This document shows, in pieces, positions 36,223-47,333 of a DNA stretch of 64,000 nt. A program made the position numbers and the translations under genes. Position 1 is the stretch's first letter, and each line of letters begins with the position of its first letter. The notes beneath the pieces were generated by a model. That model was not told the origin of the DNA and searched no databases. It saw nothing but the letters and a program-made list of their open reading frames with translations. The DNA is from Acutalibacteraceae bacterium (GTDB taxonomy: Bacteria; Bacillota; Clostridia; Oscillospirales; Acutalibacteraceae), in assembly GCA_045588855.1 (NCBI GenBank), contig JAZNEX010000115.1:6993-70992 (forward strand), written 5' to 3'.

Positions 36223-36964
36223 AATTTATGATTACATAGATAGCATAGCACAATTTTCTGCTGCAGCTCAATGGGATAACTCCGGACTTTTGATCGGAAG
36301 TCCCGACGCAATAATTGAAAAGATTGTTGTTTGTCTTGATGTCAACGATGATGTAGTTGATTTTGCTGTGAGAGAAAATGCTCAGCTTATAATATCTCAT
36401 CATCCTGTTATTTTTCGCCCTGTCAGAAATTTCTGTGACGGTTCTGTTGCATATAAAGCCGCATTAAATAAGATCAACATTATTTCTGCTCATACAAATC
36501 TCGATAAAGCCGTTGGCGGAGTCAATGATACATTGTGTGAAAAACTTGGTTTAGGTTATAAAAAAGTTTCCGATGAGATTTGCGATGGATTTCTTAATAT
36601 TATTGATGTTGAACAGGGCATTATTTCTGATGATTTAGCTTCTTTGATAAAAAAAGCTCTTGGAACAATAGTAACCTTTTGCAGAACAGATAGAAAAATT
36701 ACGCGTATCGGTGTTTGTTGCGGTTCCGGTGCTGATTTCGTTAATGATGCTGCGGCGTTAGGCTGCAATGCTTTTATTACAGGAGAAGCATCCTATCATG
36801 AGTTTCTTGATGCAAAAAATTCGGGTATTTGTTTGTTTGCATGCGGTCATTTTGAAACCGAAATTCACATTGTCAGAAAGCTCAAAGAATTAGTCAGTGC
36901 AGAATTTAATACTGTTTCTGTTCTTGATTATACAGAAAAAAATTCAATTGTTACGGAGATTTAA
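36209..36964 (+). CDS. Nif3-like dinuclear metal centre protein (YqfO family)
   Basis: N-terminal WDNSGLLIG and HHP motifs; overlaps the trmK stop. Confidence 0.85.
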   Translation: MTVREIYDYIDSIAQFSAAAQWDNSGLLIGSPDAIIEKIVVCLDVNDDVVDFAVRENAQLIISHHPVIFRPVRNFCDGSVAYKAALNKINIISAHTNLDKAVGGVNDTLCEKLGLGYKKVSDEICDGFLNIIDVEQGIISDDLASLIKKALGTIVTFCRTDRKITRIGVCCGSGADFVNDAAALGCNAFITGEASYHEFLDAKNSGICLFACGHFETEIHIVRKLKELVSAEFNTVSVLDYTEKNSIVTEI

Positions 36965-38704
36965 ATGGGGATAGACGGCATTTTTCTTCATTTTCTGAAA
37001 AATGAAATTGCAGATTTCGCAATCGGAGCAAAAATCGATAAGATATCTTTGCCTGCAAAATATGAGTTGGTTCTGCAGTTGCGTACTCGTACTGAAACCA
37101 GGAAATTATTTATTTCTGTTTCGGGTAATTCACCCAGAATCAATTTCACTGATTATACATTAGAGAATCCTATGACTCCTCCGATGATATGTATGCTTTT
37201 CCGAAAGCAGTTGTCGGGAGCAGTCATAAAAGACATTCGTCAGGTTGGTTTTGACAGAATACTAATGATTGATATGGATGCAACTAATGAAATCGGCGAC
37301 AGAGTTCAACGGACTCTTGTTGTGGAGATTATGTCTCAGTTTTCCAACTGTATTCTGCTTGATGAAAACGGCGTTATTATCGATGCATTGAAACGTGTAG
37401 ATGCTTCAAAATCTTCTTACAGATTGGTTTTACCTCAGATTGAATATAAGCTTCCTCCTCAACAGAGCAAATGTGATTTACTTGTTGACTCAGAGGAGAC
37501 CATTATTGATTCAATAATAAGCCATAAGGATAAAAAATTGTCTTCCGCAGTATTATCTTCGTTATCGGGTATTTCACCGTTGATTTCAAAAGAACTTTCA
37601 TACAGAGTATCCCTGGGAGATATTGACATTAATTCTGTGACCGCTTCTATAAAAGAGCGGTTGCATCACGAAATCAGTCTTCTGAAGAACATCGTATTGC
37701 AGAATAAACCAAATGTCACATACCTGACTGCTGATTCCGGTGAATTTCTTGATTTTTCATATATGCCGCTTACTTTTTATGATAACAGCGCAAGAATTAA
37801 TCATAAAGATACTCTTTCAGCTGTGCTTGATTTATTTTATTTTGAAAAAGAACGACTTCAGCGTGCCAAAAACAAAGCGGATGATTTATTCAGAACAGTT
37901 GACTCTTTGATTGAAAGAACTTCAAAAAAAATCAATGTGCAGACTCAGGAGCTTTCAGAATGTGAAAATATGGATCAGAAGAGACTTTTTGCTGAGTTGA
38001 TTAATGCTAATATGTATTCTTTGCAAAAAGGTTGCAATGTTTATGAGGTTCAGAATTATTATGATAATTATAATCTCATTTCTATTCCTGTTTTACCTCA
38101 TCTTTCACCTTCTGCCAATTCTCAGCGGTATTACAAAGAGTATCGCAAGGCTCAGACTGCACAAAAAATGCTTACCGAATTAATTTCCAGAGCAACTGAT
38201 GATCTTGAGTATCTTTTGTCTGTTAAGGATGAATTGTCAAGGGCATCTACCGAAGCTGAGCTTTCTGAAATAAGAGCTGAGTTGTCAGGTGCAGGATTTC
38301 TAAAGAGTAAAACCGGCACTAAAAATAAAAAGCATAAACCTGTTCCTTTGTTGGAGTTTGACTGTCCGGACGGATTCAGAGTTTATGTTGGAAGAAATAA
38401 TCTTCAGAATGAAAATCTTACATTCAAAAAAGCTTCAAAGAATGATATCTGGTTTCATGTGCAGAAAGCTCCCGGTTCTCATGTTATACTTGAACTAAAC
38501 GGCAGAGAGCCGACCAATGCTGCGATGGAATTTGCTGCAGGAGTTGCTGCTTTCTTTTCCTCTGTTAAGGATAGAGGGATGGTAGAAGTTGATTACACCC
38601 GAGTTAAAAATATTAAAAAGCCTCCGGCTTCAAAACCGGGATTTGTAATATATCATATTTACAATACTATTTATATTAAAGCATTTAATCCGGAAAAAAA
38701 ATAA
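36965..38704 (+). CDS. rqcH: ribosome quality-control protein RqcH (NFACT/FbpA family)
   Basis: NFACT-N-like N-terminus, coiled-coil middle region and C-terminal NFACT-R block DIWFHVQKAPGSHVIL. Confidence 0.85.
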   Translation: MGIDGIFLHFLKNEIADFAIGAKIDKISLPAKYELVLQLRTRTETRKLFISVSGNSPRINFTDYTLENPMTPPMICMLFRKQLSGAVIKDIRQVGFDRILMIDMDATNEIGDRVQRTLVVEIMSQFSNCILLDENGVIIDALKRVDASKSSYRLVLPQIEYKLPPQQSKCDLLVDSEETIIDSIISHKDKKLSSAVLSSLSGISPLISKELSYRVSLGDIDINSVTASIKERLHHEISLLKNIVLQNKPNVTYLTADSGEFLDFSYMPLTFYDNSARINHKDTLSAVLDLFYFEKERLQRAKNKADDLFRTVDSLIERTSKKINVQTQELSECENMDQKRLFAELINANMYSLQKGCNVYEVQNYYDNYNLISIPVLPHLSPSANSQRYYKEYRKAQTAQKMLTELISRATDDLEYLLSVKDELSRASTEAELSEIRAELSGAGFLKSKTGTKNKKHKPVPLLEFDCPDGFRVYVGRNNLQNENLTFKKASKNDIWFHVQKAPGSHVILELNGREPTNAAMEFAAGVAAFFSSVKDRGMVEVDYTRVKNIKKPPASKPGFVIYHIYNTIYIKAFNPEKK

Positions 38705-38725
38705 TTTGAAAGTGAGGAACAAAAT

Positions 38726-40387
38726 ATGGCTAAATTTTCTATCGGTGTTGATTACGGTACTCTTTCTGGCCGTGCATTAATTGTCAATAATGAAACAGGT
38801 GAGGAGCTTTCTTCAGCTGTGTTTGAATATCCCCATTCAGTTATGTCAGAGTGTCTTCCTTCGGGCAAAAAGCTTGGTTTTGACTGGGCTTTGCAGCATC
38901 CTCAGGATTATCTTGATGTTCTTTATAATACCATTCCTGCGGTGCTTAAGGAAAGCGGAGTCTCTAAGGATGATGTTGTCGGTATAGGACTTGACTTTAC
39001 TGCATGCACAATTCTTCCTGCAAAGAAGGACGGCACACCGCTTTGTTTTCTTGAGGAGTATAAGGATGAGCCTCATGCTTATGTTAAATTGTGGAAGCAT
39101 CATGCTGCACAGCACCTTGCAAATAAGATTAATGAAATTGCAGAAGAGAGAAATGAACCCTGGCTTAAAAACTATGGCGGAAAGATTTCTTCCGAATGGG
39201 CAATTCCTAAAATATGGCAGGTACTTGATGAAGCTCCGGAAATTTATGATGCAGCTGATACTTTTATTGAAGCAGCTGACTGGGTTGTATGGCAGCTTTG
39301 CGGAAAAGAAAACAGAAACTCCTGTTGTGCCGGTTATAAGGAAATGTGGAATAAAAAAACAGGGTATCCGTCAAAGGATTTCTTCAGAGCACTTGACGTA
39401 AGACTTGAAAATGTTATTGAAGATAAGCTTTCTACTGATATCTCTCCCATGGGCTCTAAAGCAGGCGAACTGACTGAAGCTATGGCTGAAAAGCTCGGTC
39501 TCAATGCAGGTACAGCAATTGCTACTGCCATTATTGATGCGCATGTATTTGTTCCTGCTGCAGGTATTGCTGAGGCAGGAAAAATGCTGGCAATTATGGG
39601 AACTTCTACCTGTCATATGCTTCTCGGAAATGAAGAAAAACAGGTTAAAGGAATGTGCGGTGTTGTTGAAGACGGTATTCTTCCCGGTTTCTTCGGTTAC
39701 GAGGCAGGTCAGAGTTGTGTAGGCGATCATTTCCAATGGTTTATTGATAATTGTCTTCCTGCATCTTATTATGAAGAAGCAAAGGCAAAAGGAATGAATA
39801 TTCATAAATATCTTCGTGAAAAGGCAGAAAAATACAAGCCCGGTGAAAGCGGACTGGTTGCGCTTGATTGGTGGAACGGTAACAGATCTTGTCTTGTAGA
39901 CGTTGATCTTACAGGTATGATTCTCGGTATGACTCTTCTTACAAAGCCGGAGGAAATTTATCGTGCTCTCATTGAAGCCACCGCTTACGGAACAAGAATG
40001 ATAATTGAGACATTCCGTGAATATGGTGTTGAAGTAAATGAATTTTATGCAGCCGGCGGAATTGCAAAAAAAGATCCGATGACTATGCAGATTTACTCCG
40101 ATATACTTAATCTTCCCATAAAGATTGCAGGCAGTGATCAGGGAGGTGCTCTCGGTTCGGCAATTTTCGGTTCTGTAGCTGCAGGCAAAGATAAGGGTGG
40201 TTATGACGATGTATTTTCTGCAGCATCCAAGCTCGGCAAGGTTCTTGATACAAAGTATGAGCCTAATCCTGATGCAGTAAAGGTTTACGATAAGCTTTAT
40301 GCTGAATATAAAATTCTTCACGATTATTTCGGACGTGGTGCAAATGATGTTATGAAGCGTCTCAAAGAAATCAAAAAGTCTGTATAA
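38726..40387 (+). CDS. araB: ribulokinase
   Basis: FGGY kinase N-terminus [15 protein letters not shown]; about 553 aa; followed by araA and araD. Confidence 0.92.
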   Translation: MAKFSIGVDYGTLSGRALIVNNETGEELSSAVFEYPHSVMSECLPSGKKLGFDWALQHPQDYLDVLYNTIPAVLKESGVSKDDVVGIGLDFTACTILPAKKDGTPLCFLEEYKDEPHAYVKLWKHHAAQHLANKINEIAEERNEPWLKNYGGKISSEWAIPKIWQVLDEAPEIYDAADTFIEAADWVVWQLCGKENRNSCCAGYKEMWNKKTGYPSKDFFRALDVRLENVIEDKLSTDISPMGSKAGELTEAMAEKLGLNAGTAIATAIIDAHVFVPAAGIAEAGKMLAIMGTSTCHMLLGNEEKQVKGMCGVVEDGILPGFFGYEAGQSCVGDHFQWFIDNCLPASYYEEAKAKGMNIHKYLREKAEKYKPGESGLVALDWWNGNRSCLVDVDLTGMILGMTLLTKPEEIYRALIEATAYGTRMIIETFREYGVEVNEFYAAGGIAKKDPMTMQIYSDILNLPIKIAGSDQGGALGSAIFGSVAAGKDKGGYDDVFSAASKLGKVLDTKYEPNPDAVKVYDKLYAEYKILHDYFGRGANDVMKRLKEIKKSV

Positions 40388-40399
40388 GAGGTATCATAT

Positions 40400-41869
40400 A
40401 TGAAAAAATATAAGTTTTATTTTCTTGTCGGCTCACAGCATCTTTACGGAGATGAAACATTAAAAGAAGTTGATGCTCATGCAAAAATTATGGCAGACGG
40501 ATTTAATGCTGACCCTGTTATTCCGTGTACTGTTGAATTTCTTCCATGTGTAACAACATCAAAGGCAATTGAAGCTGCTGTTATTAAGGCTAATAATGAT
40601 CCTATGTGTGCAGGTATTATCACATGGATGCATACTTTTTCTCCGTCAAAAATGTGGATATCAGGCATCAGCAAAATGATGAAGCCTTATCTGCATATCA
40701 ATACGCAGTTTAATCGTGATATTCCATGGTCAGCAATTGATATGGATTTTATGAATCTTAACCAAAGTGCTCATGGTGACAGAGAACACGGCTATATCGG
40801 CACTCGTATGGGTATAAAGCGGAAAGTTATTGCAGGTCATTGGGAGAATGAACAATTCAGATACGAGATTGCAACCTGGATGAGAGCTGCAGTAGGTGTT
40901 TTTGAAAGCAGAAGAACAAGAGTGCTCAGAATCAGTGACAATATGAGAAGCGTTGCTGTTACTGATGGTGATAAGGTTGAAGCTCAGATGAAGCTTGGCT
41001 GGGAAATTGAACATTACGGTGTCGGTGATATTATTGCTGAACTTGATAAAGTAAGTGAAGCAGAAATTGATGCTCAGATGAAGGTATATTCAGAAAAATA
41101 TATCTTTTCTACAGATAATATTGAAGCAGTCAGATACCAGGCTAAAGAAGAAATTGCAATCAAAAAGTTTATGGATGAAAGAGGATTTACCGCTTTCCAT
41201 ACAAACTTTGAAGATCTTCAGGGGCTCAGACAGCTCCCGGGACTTGCTTCACAGGATCTGATGTCTGAAGGTTACGGTTTTGGGGCAGAAGGTGACTGGA
41301 AGGTTGCTGCAATGACAAGAATTCTTAAAGCTATGAGTTCTGATATGTCCGGCGGTACTGCTTTTATGGAAGATTATACATATCATTTTGAGCCGGGTAA
41401 TGAAATGATTATGGGTGCTCATATGCTTGAAGTTTGTCCTACAATTGCTGCCACTAAACCTGAAATTAAGGTGTTCCCCCTTGGTATCGGCGGAAGGGAA
41501 GACCCTGCACGTCTTGTATTTAAATCAAAACCCGGCAAGGCTATAGTTGTTTCACTTGTTGATATGGGTGACGGACTCAGGATGATTGTAAACGATGTTG
41601 AGTGTGTTGAACAGGTTAATGAAACGCCCAATCTTCCTGTTTCTGCGGTACTCTGGAAGCCTGATCCGAATCTGAAAACTTCTGCTGAAGCATGGATATA
41701 TGCCGGTGCTGCTCATCACTCCGTTCTCAGTTATGATGTAACTGCAGATATGATGCGTGACTTTGCAGATATTCTTGATATTGAATTTGTTTATATAAAT
41801 AAGGACACTGAGATCAATACTTTTATTAAAGAGCTTGAGCTGAGCTCCCTTATCAGAAAGCTGAAATAA
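40400..41869 (+). CDS. araA: L-arabinose isomerase
   Basis: N-terminus FYFLVGSQHLYG and full-length AraA-like sequence. Confidence 0.95.
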   Translation: MKKYKFYFLVGSQHLYGDETLKEVDAHAKIMADGFNADPVIPCTVEFLPCVTTSKAIEAAVIKANNDPMCAGIITWMHTFSPSKMWISGISKMMKPYLHINTQFNRDIPWSAIDMDFMNLNQSAHGDREHGYIGTRMGIKRKVIAGHWENEQFRYEIATWMRAAVGVFESRRTRVLRISDNMRSVAVTDGDKVEAQMKLGWEIEHYGVGDIIAELDKVSEAEIDAQMKVYSEKYIFSTDNIEAVRYQAKEEIAIKKFMDERGFTAFHTNFEDLQGLRQLPGLASQDLMSEGYGFGAEGDWKVAAMTRILKAMSSDMSGGTAFMEDYTYHFEPGNEMIMGAHMLEVCPTIAATKPEIKVFPLGIGGREDPARLVFKSKPGKAIVVSLVDMGDGLRMIVNDVECVEQVNETPNLPVSAVLWKPDPNLKTSAEAWIYAGAAHHSVLSYDVTADMMRDFADILDIEFVYINKDTEINTFIKELELSSLIRKLK

Positions 41870-41870
41870 T

Positions 41871-42569
41871 ATGTACAGAGAAATTAAAGAAAAAGCCTAT
41901 AAGGCTAACATGATGCTATATAAACTTGGTATTGCTCCTTTTACTTGGGGTAATGCATCTGAATGTGACAGAGAAAAAAAAGTTTTTGCAATAAAGCCCT
42001 CGGGTGTTGAATATGAAGATCTTACTCCCGAAATGATGGTTATTGTAGATTTTGACGGTAATAAAGTAGAAGGAGAGCTTAATCCTTCGTCTGATACTGC
42101 GACTCATGCCGTTCTTTATAGTAACTTCCCCGAAATAGGCGGTGTTGTTCATTCTCACTCGATCAACGCTGTTGCCTTTGCTCAGGCAGGTAAATGTGTT
42201 TCTCCTTACGGTACAACACACGCGGATTTCTGTTTTGGTGAAGTTCCTTGCGCAAGAGAGCTTACTTCTGAAGAAGTCAATGGCGAATATGAAAAAAGTA
42301 CGGGCGAAGTAATAGTAACTCATTTTCGTGAAAATGCAATTGATGAAAATGCTGTTCCTGCGGTACTTGTCCGTTCTCACGGTCCTTTTACTTGGGGAAA
42401 ATCTGCAAAAGAAGCTGCAAAAAACGCCGGTACTCTTGAAATTGTTTGTGAAATGGCTCTCAAGACATTACATATTAATGAATCTGCAGAATCTATTCCG
42501 TCTTATCTTCTTGAAAAACATTATATGAGGAAACACGGTAAAAACGCTTATTACGGACAGGGAAAATAA
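41871..42569 (+). CDS. araD: L-ribulose-5-phosphate 4-epimerase
   Basis: Class II aldolase/epimerase fold with GNAS, HSHS and HGPFTWG blocks. Confidence 0.92.
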   Translation: MYREIKEKAYKANMMLYKLGIAPFTWGNASECDREKKVFAIKPSGVEYEDLTPEMMVIVDFDGNKVEGELNPSSDTATHAVLYSNFPEIGGVVHSHSINAVAFAQAGKCVSPYGTTHADFCFGEVPCARELTSEEVNGEYEKSTGEVIVTHFRENAIDENAVPAVLVRSHGPFTWGKSAKEAAKNAGTLEIVCEMALKTLHINESAESIPSYLLEKHYMRKHGKNAYYGQGK

Positions 42570-42570
42570 T

Positions 42571-45500
42571 ATGACAGAATTTACTCATTTACATATTCAT
42601 ACCGAATATTCTCTTCTTGACGGTGCGTGCAGAATTAAACCCCTTATAAAGCGCGCAAAAGAGCTCGGTATGAAGCATATTGCTTTGACTGACCATGGTG
42701 TTATGTATGGTGCCGTTGATTTTTATAAGGCATGTAAGGCTGAAGGAATTAACGGTATAATCGGCTGTGAGGTTTATGTTGCACAAAGAACCAGATTTGA
42801 TAAAGTTCACGGCCTTGATAATGAGCGATATCACCTTGTGCTGTTGGCTGAGAATCAGACCGGTTATCAGAATCTAATCAAAATGGTGTCCGCAGCCTGG
42901 ACGGAAGGCTTTTACACTAAGCCGAGAGTTGATAAAGAACTACTTGAGAAATACCATGAAGGAATAATATGTCTTTCTGCATGCCTTGCAGGTGAAATTC
43001 CTCAGGCTATTCTTAAGGGAGATTATGAGAAGGCTAAGGAAATTGCTTTATGGTACCGGGATCTTTTCGGAAAGGATAATTATTTTCTTGAAATTCAGGA
43101 TCACGGTATTGCTGATCAGAAAGCTTCAAATCCGATCATAATTAAGCTTGCTCGTGAACTTGATATTCCTCTTGTAGCTACAAATGACGCGCATTATATA
43201 ACAAAAGAAGATGCTGAAATTCAGAAAATATTAGTTTGCATTGCAACAAAGCATACAATTGAAGAGGATACGGGTATGGGATTTGAGACAGATGAATTCT
43301 ATGTCAAGTCCGGTGATGAGATGCTTGCTCTGTTTCCCGATGTTCCTGATGCAATTTCAAACACTAACCTGATTGCGCAAAGATGTCATGTTGAATTTGA
43401 ATTCGGTAATACAAAGCTTCCTATTTTTGAAGTTCCGGATAATCGTGATCATTTTGAGTATTTCTCTGATCTTTGTTATAAGGGCATGGTACGGTGTTAT
43501 GGTGAGGACTATCCTCAGGAATATATGGATCGACTCAATTATGAACTCGGTATCATAAATCAGATGGGGTTCATTGATTACTTTCTTATAGTATGGGATT
43601 ATATTAACTATGCCAAAAGCATCGGTATTCCGGTTGGCCCCGGACGTGGTTCAGGTGCAGGTAGTATTGCTGCTTATACCTGTGGTATTACTGATATTGA
43701 TCCGATGCGTTATTCCTTGCTTTTTGAACGTTTCCTTAATCCTGAGAGAGTCAGTATGCCTGACTTTGATATTGACTTTTGTTATGAAAGAAGACAGGAA
43801 GTTATTGACTATGTTGTTCGCAGATACGGTGCTGATCATGTTTCTCAGATTGCCACATTCGGTACTCTTGCAGCGAGAGGTTGTGTACGAGATGTCGGTA
43901 AGGTTCTCGGAATGAGCGTTGCCGATTGTTCTGCAATTCAGAAGGAAATTCCGCAGGAAAACGGAATGACAATAGAAAAGGCTCTTCAGTCCAATCAGGA
44001 GCTTAAGAAAATTTATGATTCAAATCCTCTTGTCAAGAAAGTACTTGATACTTCAATAAAAATAGAAGGTATGCCGAGAAATACTGGTATGCACGCAGCA
44101 GGTGTTGTTATATGTGATAAGCCTGTTGATGAATATGTTCCGTTGTTTAAAAGCGGTGATTCTGTTGTTACTCAGTATTATAAAGGCTGGGTTGAAGCTC
44201 TCGGTCTTCTCAAAATGGACTTTCTTGGTCTTCGAACTCTTACTGTTATTGATGACGCTGTAAAGATGATTCATAAGAAAGACCCCGATCTTGATATAAT
44301 GAAAATTGATGTTGATGATCAGGGCGTTTATAAGATGCTTGGTGAAGGCGGCACTTTCGGTGTGTTCCAGTGTGAATCCGGTGGTATACGTTCTCTTATG
44401 ATTAATATGCAGCCTCATAATCTTGAAGATATTATTGCTGTTATTGCTCTGTACAGACCGGGTCCTATGGATTTCATTCCTGCATATCTTGCTAACCGAC
44501 AGGATCCTGATAATATCAAATATCACACTCCTGAGCTTAAGCCTATTCTTGATGTTACATACGGGACAATTGTTTATCAGGAACAGGTTATGCAGATTTT
44601 CCGTGAGCTTGCAGGCTATTCACTCGGTGCTGCTGATATGGTTCGTCGAGCTGTTGCAAAAAAGCAGGCTGATGTTCTTGAACAACAGAGAAAGTTTTTC
44701 CTGTATGGCTCAGACGGAACTGATGGTGGGTCAAAATGTGACGGTTGTATCAAAAGAGGTATCAGTGCAGATGCGGCAAACGCAATATTTGATGATATGG
44801 CATCTTTTGCTTCCTACGCATTTAATAAATCTCATTCTGCTGCATATGCTTATGTTACATATCAGACCGCATGGCTTCGTTGTTATTATCCGCAGGAGTT
44901 TATGGCTGCTATGCTTACTTCTGTTCTTGATAATACTGATAAGGTTGTCGGATATATCAATGAATGTCATTCTAATCTCGGTTTTAAGGTATTACCGCCA
45001 AGTGTTAATGAATCTGAAGAAAAGTTTACCGTTGTCGGAGATAATGTCAGATTCGGATTGCTTGCTATTAAAAATCTTGGTAGCGGTGTAATAAAAGAAA
45101 TTCTCAGAGAACGTAATGAAAACGGTCCTTTTGAAACATTCTATTCATTCTGCAAACGTTGTTATGGTAAGGAACTTAACCGTAGAGCTCTTGAAAACCT
45201 TATTAAGAGCGGCGCAATGGATTGTTTTGGTCTAAACCGTAATCAGATGTATAATATGATAGAGGAAACTCTTACAGCTCTTGATAATGATAAAAAAGGT
45301 AAAATTGACGGTCAGATAGGTTTGTTTGATTTAGGTTCTTCATTAGCTAAGGCCATTGAACCTGTTCCCCCTGACATTAAAGAATTTCCTGAAAAGCAGC
45401 GTCTTGCTATGGAAAAGGAAACTACAGGTCTTTATATGTCAGGTCATCCGATGACTGAACATCAGAAGCTTGCACAGAGTCTCGGAAGTGCAAAAACTTC

Positions 45501-46197
45501 CGATATTATTAATTCATCTGTCACCGAAGTTGATTCTATGTACAAAGACGGGGATAAGATCAGATTGCTTGGAATTCTTTCTATCGTGAGGAAGAAAATC
45601 ACAAAAAATGATACTACTATGGCTTTTCTTACAATGGAAGATATATATGGCAGTATTGAAGTTTTGGTTTTCCCGAAAAAATTCGACAAGTACAGTGAAT
45701 TTTTTATTGAGGATGAAATTATTTTGCTCACCGGTAAGGTTTCTTTGAAGGATGATGAAATTCCTAAATTATTGTGCGAAGAAGTTGTTCCGTTAAGAGA
45801 GATTCCTGATGATGAGGCTTATCTTAAGGATTATAAGCTCCCGGAAAGAGATTATGCTCTTCGCCAGAGTGCCTACAGTGCTTATGCAAAGGAAGTCCCG
45901 GTAAATTCTGCGCCCGATGAGACTTCCGGTGCAAAACCTGCTTCTGCGTCTGTTAAACCCGTTGAGAAAAAGACCAATAAGGGCTTATTTTTGAAGGTTT
46001 CTTCAAAGGATGCTGATGACTGTATTAAATCGCAGAAGATGTGTTCTATTTTTGAAGGTAATATCCCTGTTATTCTCTATTATAATGATACAAAGCAATA
46101 TAATTTCTCTACCGGTATCAGAACTGCTGATAGTCCTGAATTAATAAGAGGACTCAAAAAGTTTTTGGGAGAGAATAATGTTGTATTACGCTTATAA
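42571..46197 (+). CDS. dnaE: DNA polymerase III alpha subunit (DnaE type)
   Basis: PHP-domain N-terminus HLHIHTEYSLLDG, the PDFDIDF catalytic block and an OB-fold region; 1208 aa. Confidence 0.95.
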   Translation: MTEFTHLHIHTEYSLLDGACRIKPLIKRAKELGMKHIALTDHGVMYGAVDFYKACKAEGINGIIGCEVYVAQRTRFDKVHGLDNERYHLVLLAENQTGYQNLIKMVSAAWTEGFYTKPRVDKELLEKYHEGIICLSACLAGEIPQAILKGDYEKAKEIALWYRDLFGKDNYFLEIQDHGIADQKASNPIIIKLARELDIPLVATNDAHYITKEDAEIQKILVCIATKHTIEEDTGMGFETDEFYVKSGDEMLALFPDVPDAISNTNLIAQRCHVEFEFGNTKLPIFEVPDNRDHFEYFSDLCYKGMVRCYGEDYPQEYMDRLNYELGIINQMGFIDYFLIVWDYINYAKSIGIPVGPGRGSGAGSIAAYTCGITDIDPMRYSLLFERFLNPERVSMPDFDIDFCYERRQEVIDYVVRRYGADHVSQIATFGTLAARGCVRDVGKVLGMSVADCSAIQKEIPQENGMTIEKALQSNQELKKIYDSNPLVKKVLDTSIKIEGMPRNTGMHAAGVVICDKPVDEYVPLFKSGDSVVTQYYKGWVEALGLLKMDFLGLRTLTVIDDAVKMIHKKDPDLDIMKIDVDDQGVYKMLGEGGTFGVFQCESGGIRSLMINMQPHNLEDIIAVIALYRPGPMDFIPAYLANRQDPDNIKYHTPELKPILDVTYGTIVYQEQVMQIFRELAGYSLGAADMVRRAVAKKQADVLEQQRKFFLYGSDGTDGGSKCDGCIKRGISADAANAIFDDMASFASYAFNKSHSAAYAYVTYQTAWLRCYYPQEFMAAMLTSVLDNTDKVVGYINECHSNLGFKVLPPSVNESEEKFTVVGDNVRFGLLAIKNLGSGVIKEILRERNENGPFETFYSFCKRCYGKELNRRALENLIKSGAMDCFGLNRNQMYNMIEETLTALDNDKKGKIDGQIGLFDLGSSLAKAIEPVPPDIKEFPEKQRLAMEKETTGLYMSGHPMTEHQKLAQSLGSAKTSDIINSSVTEVDSMYKDGDKIRLLGILSIVRKKITKNDTTMAFLTMEDIYGSIEVLVFPKKFDKYSEFFIEDEIILLTGKVSLKDDEIPKLLCEEVVPLREIPDDEAYLKDYKLPERDYALRQSAYSAYAKEVPVNSAPDETSGAKPASASVKPVEKKTNKGLFLKVSSKDADDCIKSQKMCSIFEGNIPVILYYNDTKQYNFSTGIRTADSPELIRGLKKFLGENNVVLRL

Positions 46198-46230
46198 TTG
46201 TTGAAATTTGTTACTCTTTCAATTTTATTG

Positions 46231-46259
46231 TTGACATTATCTTCATTTGCCTATATTAT
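46231..46259 (+). promoter_or_regulatory. sigma-A type promoter for pfkA
   Basis: TTGACA, 17-nt spacer, TATTAT. Confidence 0.5.
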
Positions 46260-46296
46260 ATTTAGGTAATTATGATAATCCTCAGGAGGAAGAACT

Positions 46297-47286
46297 ATGA
46301 AAACTATTGCTGTTTTAACCAGTGGCGGCGATGCTCCCGGTATGAATGCTGCTATAAGAGCAGTTGTAAGAACCGGCTGTGAAAACGGCGTAAGAGTACT
46401 TGGCATAAGACGCGGTTATGCAGGTCTTATGGTGGGCGATATGTATGAGATGAATCTCAGAAGTGTTTCTGATATTATCCATCGCGGCGGTACAATGCTT
46501 TACTCTGCAAGAAGTAAGGAATTTTGTACAGAAGAAGGTATGCAGAAAGCTATTAATATCTGTAAGGAAAACGGTATTGAGGGAATCGTCTGCATCGGTG
46601 GTGACGGATCTTTCAAGGGTGCACGTGATCTTTCTGTGCGCGGTATCAATTGTGTTGGTGTTCCCGGAACTATTGATAATGATATAGCTTGTTGTGATTA
46701 TACAATCGGTTATGATACATGTCTTAACACTATAATGGATATGGTTGACAGAATCAGGGATACCAGTGAATCTCATGACAGATGTACTGTTGTTGAGGTT
46801 ATGGGCAGACATGCAGGTTTCCTTGCTCTTAATGCAGGTATAGCTGTAGGTGCTACTTCAATTCTTATTCCCGAACTTGAATTTGATATTGAAAAAGATA
46901 TTCTTGAAAGAATGAGACGTACTCAGAAGACAGGTAAGCGTCATTTTATTATCGTTGTTGCTGAAGGTGTAAATGAAAAGCTTGAGTCACAGGGAATCAA
47001 TGGCGTAAGCGCTCTTGCAAAATATATTGAGCATAATCTTGGTGTTGAAGCCAGAGCAACTGTGCTCGGTCATGTTCAGCGTGGCGGTTCACCATCTGTT
47101 AAAGACAGAGTTGTAGGTAGTCAGATGGGTTCTTATGCTGCTCACTTGCTTCTTAACGGTATCGGTAACCGTGTTGTTGCTATGCAGAAAGAAAAGATCG
47201 TTGATTTTGATATTGTAGAAGCTCTTAATATGAAAAAATCTATTGATCTTTCACTCTATGACACTGCAATGGAAATTTCAATATAA
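46297..47286 (+). CDS. pfkA: ATP-dependent 6-phosphofructokinase
   Basis: LTSGGDAPGMNAAIR, GGDGS and PGTIDND motifs; AGGAGG RBS. Confidence 0.95.
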   Translation: MKTIAVLTSGGDAPGMNAAIRAVVRTGCENGVRVLGIRRGYAGLMVGDMYEMNLRSVSDIIHRGGTMLYSARSKEFCTEEGMQKAINICKENGIEGIVCIGGDGSFKGARDLSVRGINCVGVPGTIDNDIACCDYTIGYDTCLNTIMDMVDRIRDTSESHDRCTVVEVMGRHAGFLALNAGIAVGATSILIPELEFDIEKDILERMRRTQKTGKRHFIIVVAEGVNEKLESQGINGVSALAKYIEHNLGVEARATVLGHVQRGGSPSVKDRVVGSQMGSYAAHLLLNGIGNRVVAMQKEKIVDFDIVEALNMKKSIDLSLYDTAMEISI

Positions 47287-47295
47287 TTAATTTTT

Positions 47296-47322
47296 TGCGC
47301 CGTGTTTACACGGCGCATTTTT
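47296..47322 (+). terminator. intrinsic terminator after pfkA
   Basis: TGCGCCGTG-TTTA-CACGGCGCA followed by T5. Confidence 0.8.
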
Positions 47323-47333
47323 AGGTGTTGGCT

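Noticed and set aside
38643-38670. TTGTAA-N10-TTACAA inverted repeat and a TTGTAA-16-TACTAT promoter-like string inside the 3' end of rqcH, as a possible AraR-type operator/promoter for araBAD
   Set aside because: The spacing does not fit the compact GntR/AraR-type palindrome I know. The sequence is AT-rich coding DNA. It is mentioned only as something TSS mapping could test.
39371-40321. 316-aa ORF on the minus strand
   Set aside because: It lies entirely antisense to the unmistakable ribulokinase gene. It has a Cys/Ile/Phe/Asn-rich low-complexity composition typical of shadow ORFs in AT-rich DNA, no RBS and no recognisable motif.
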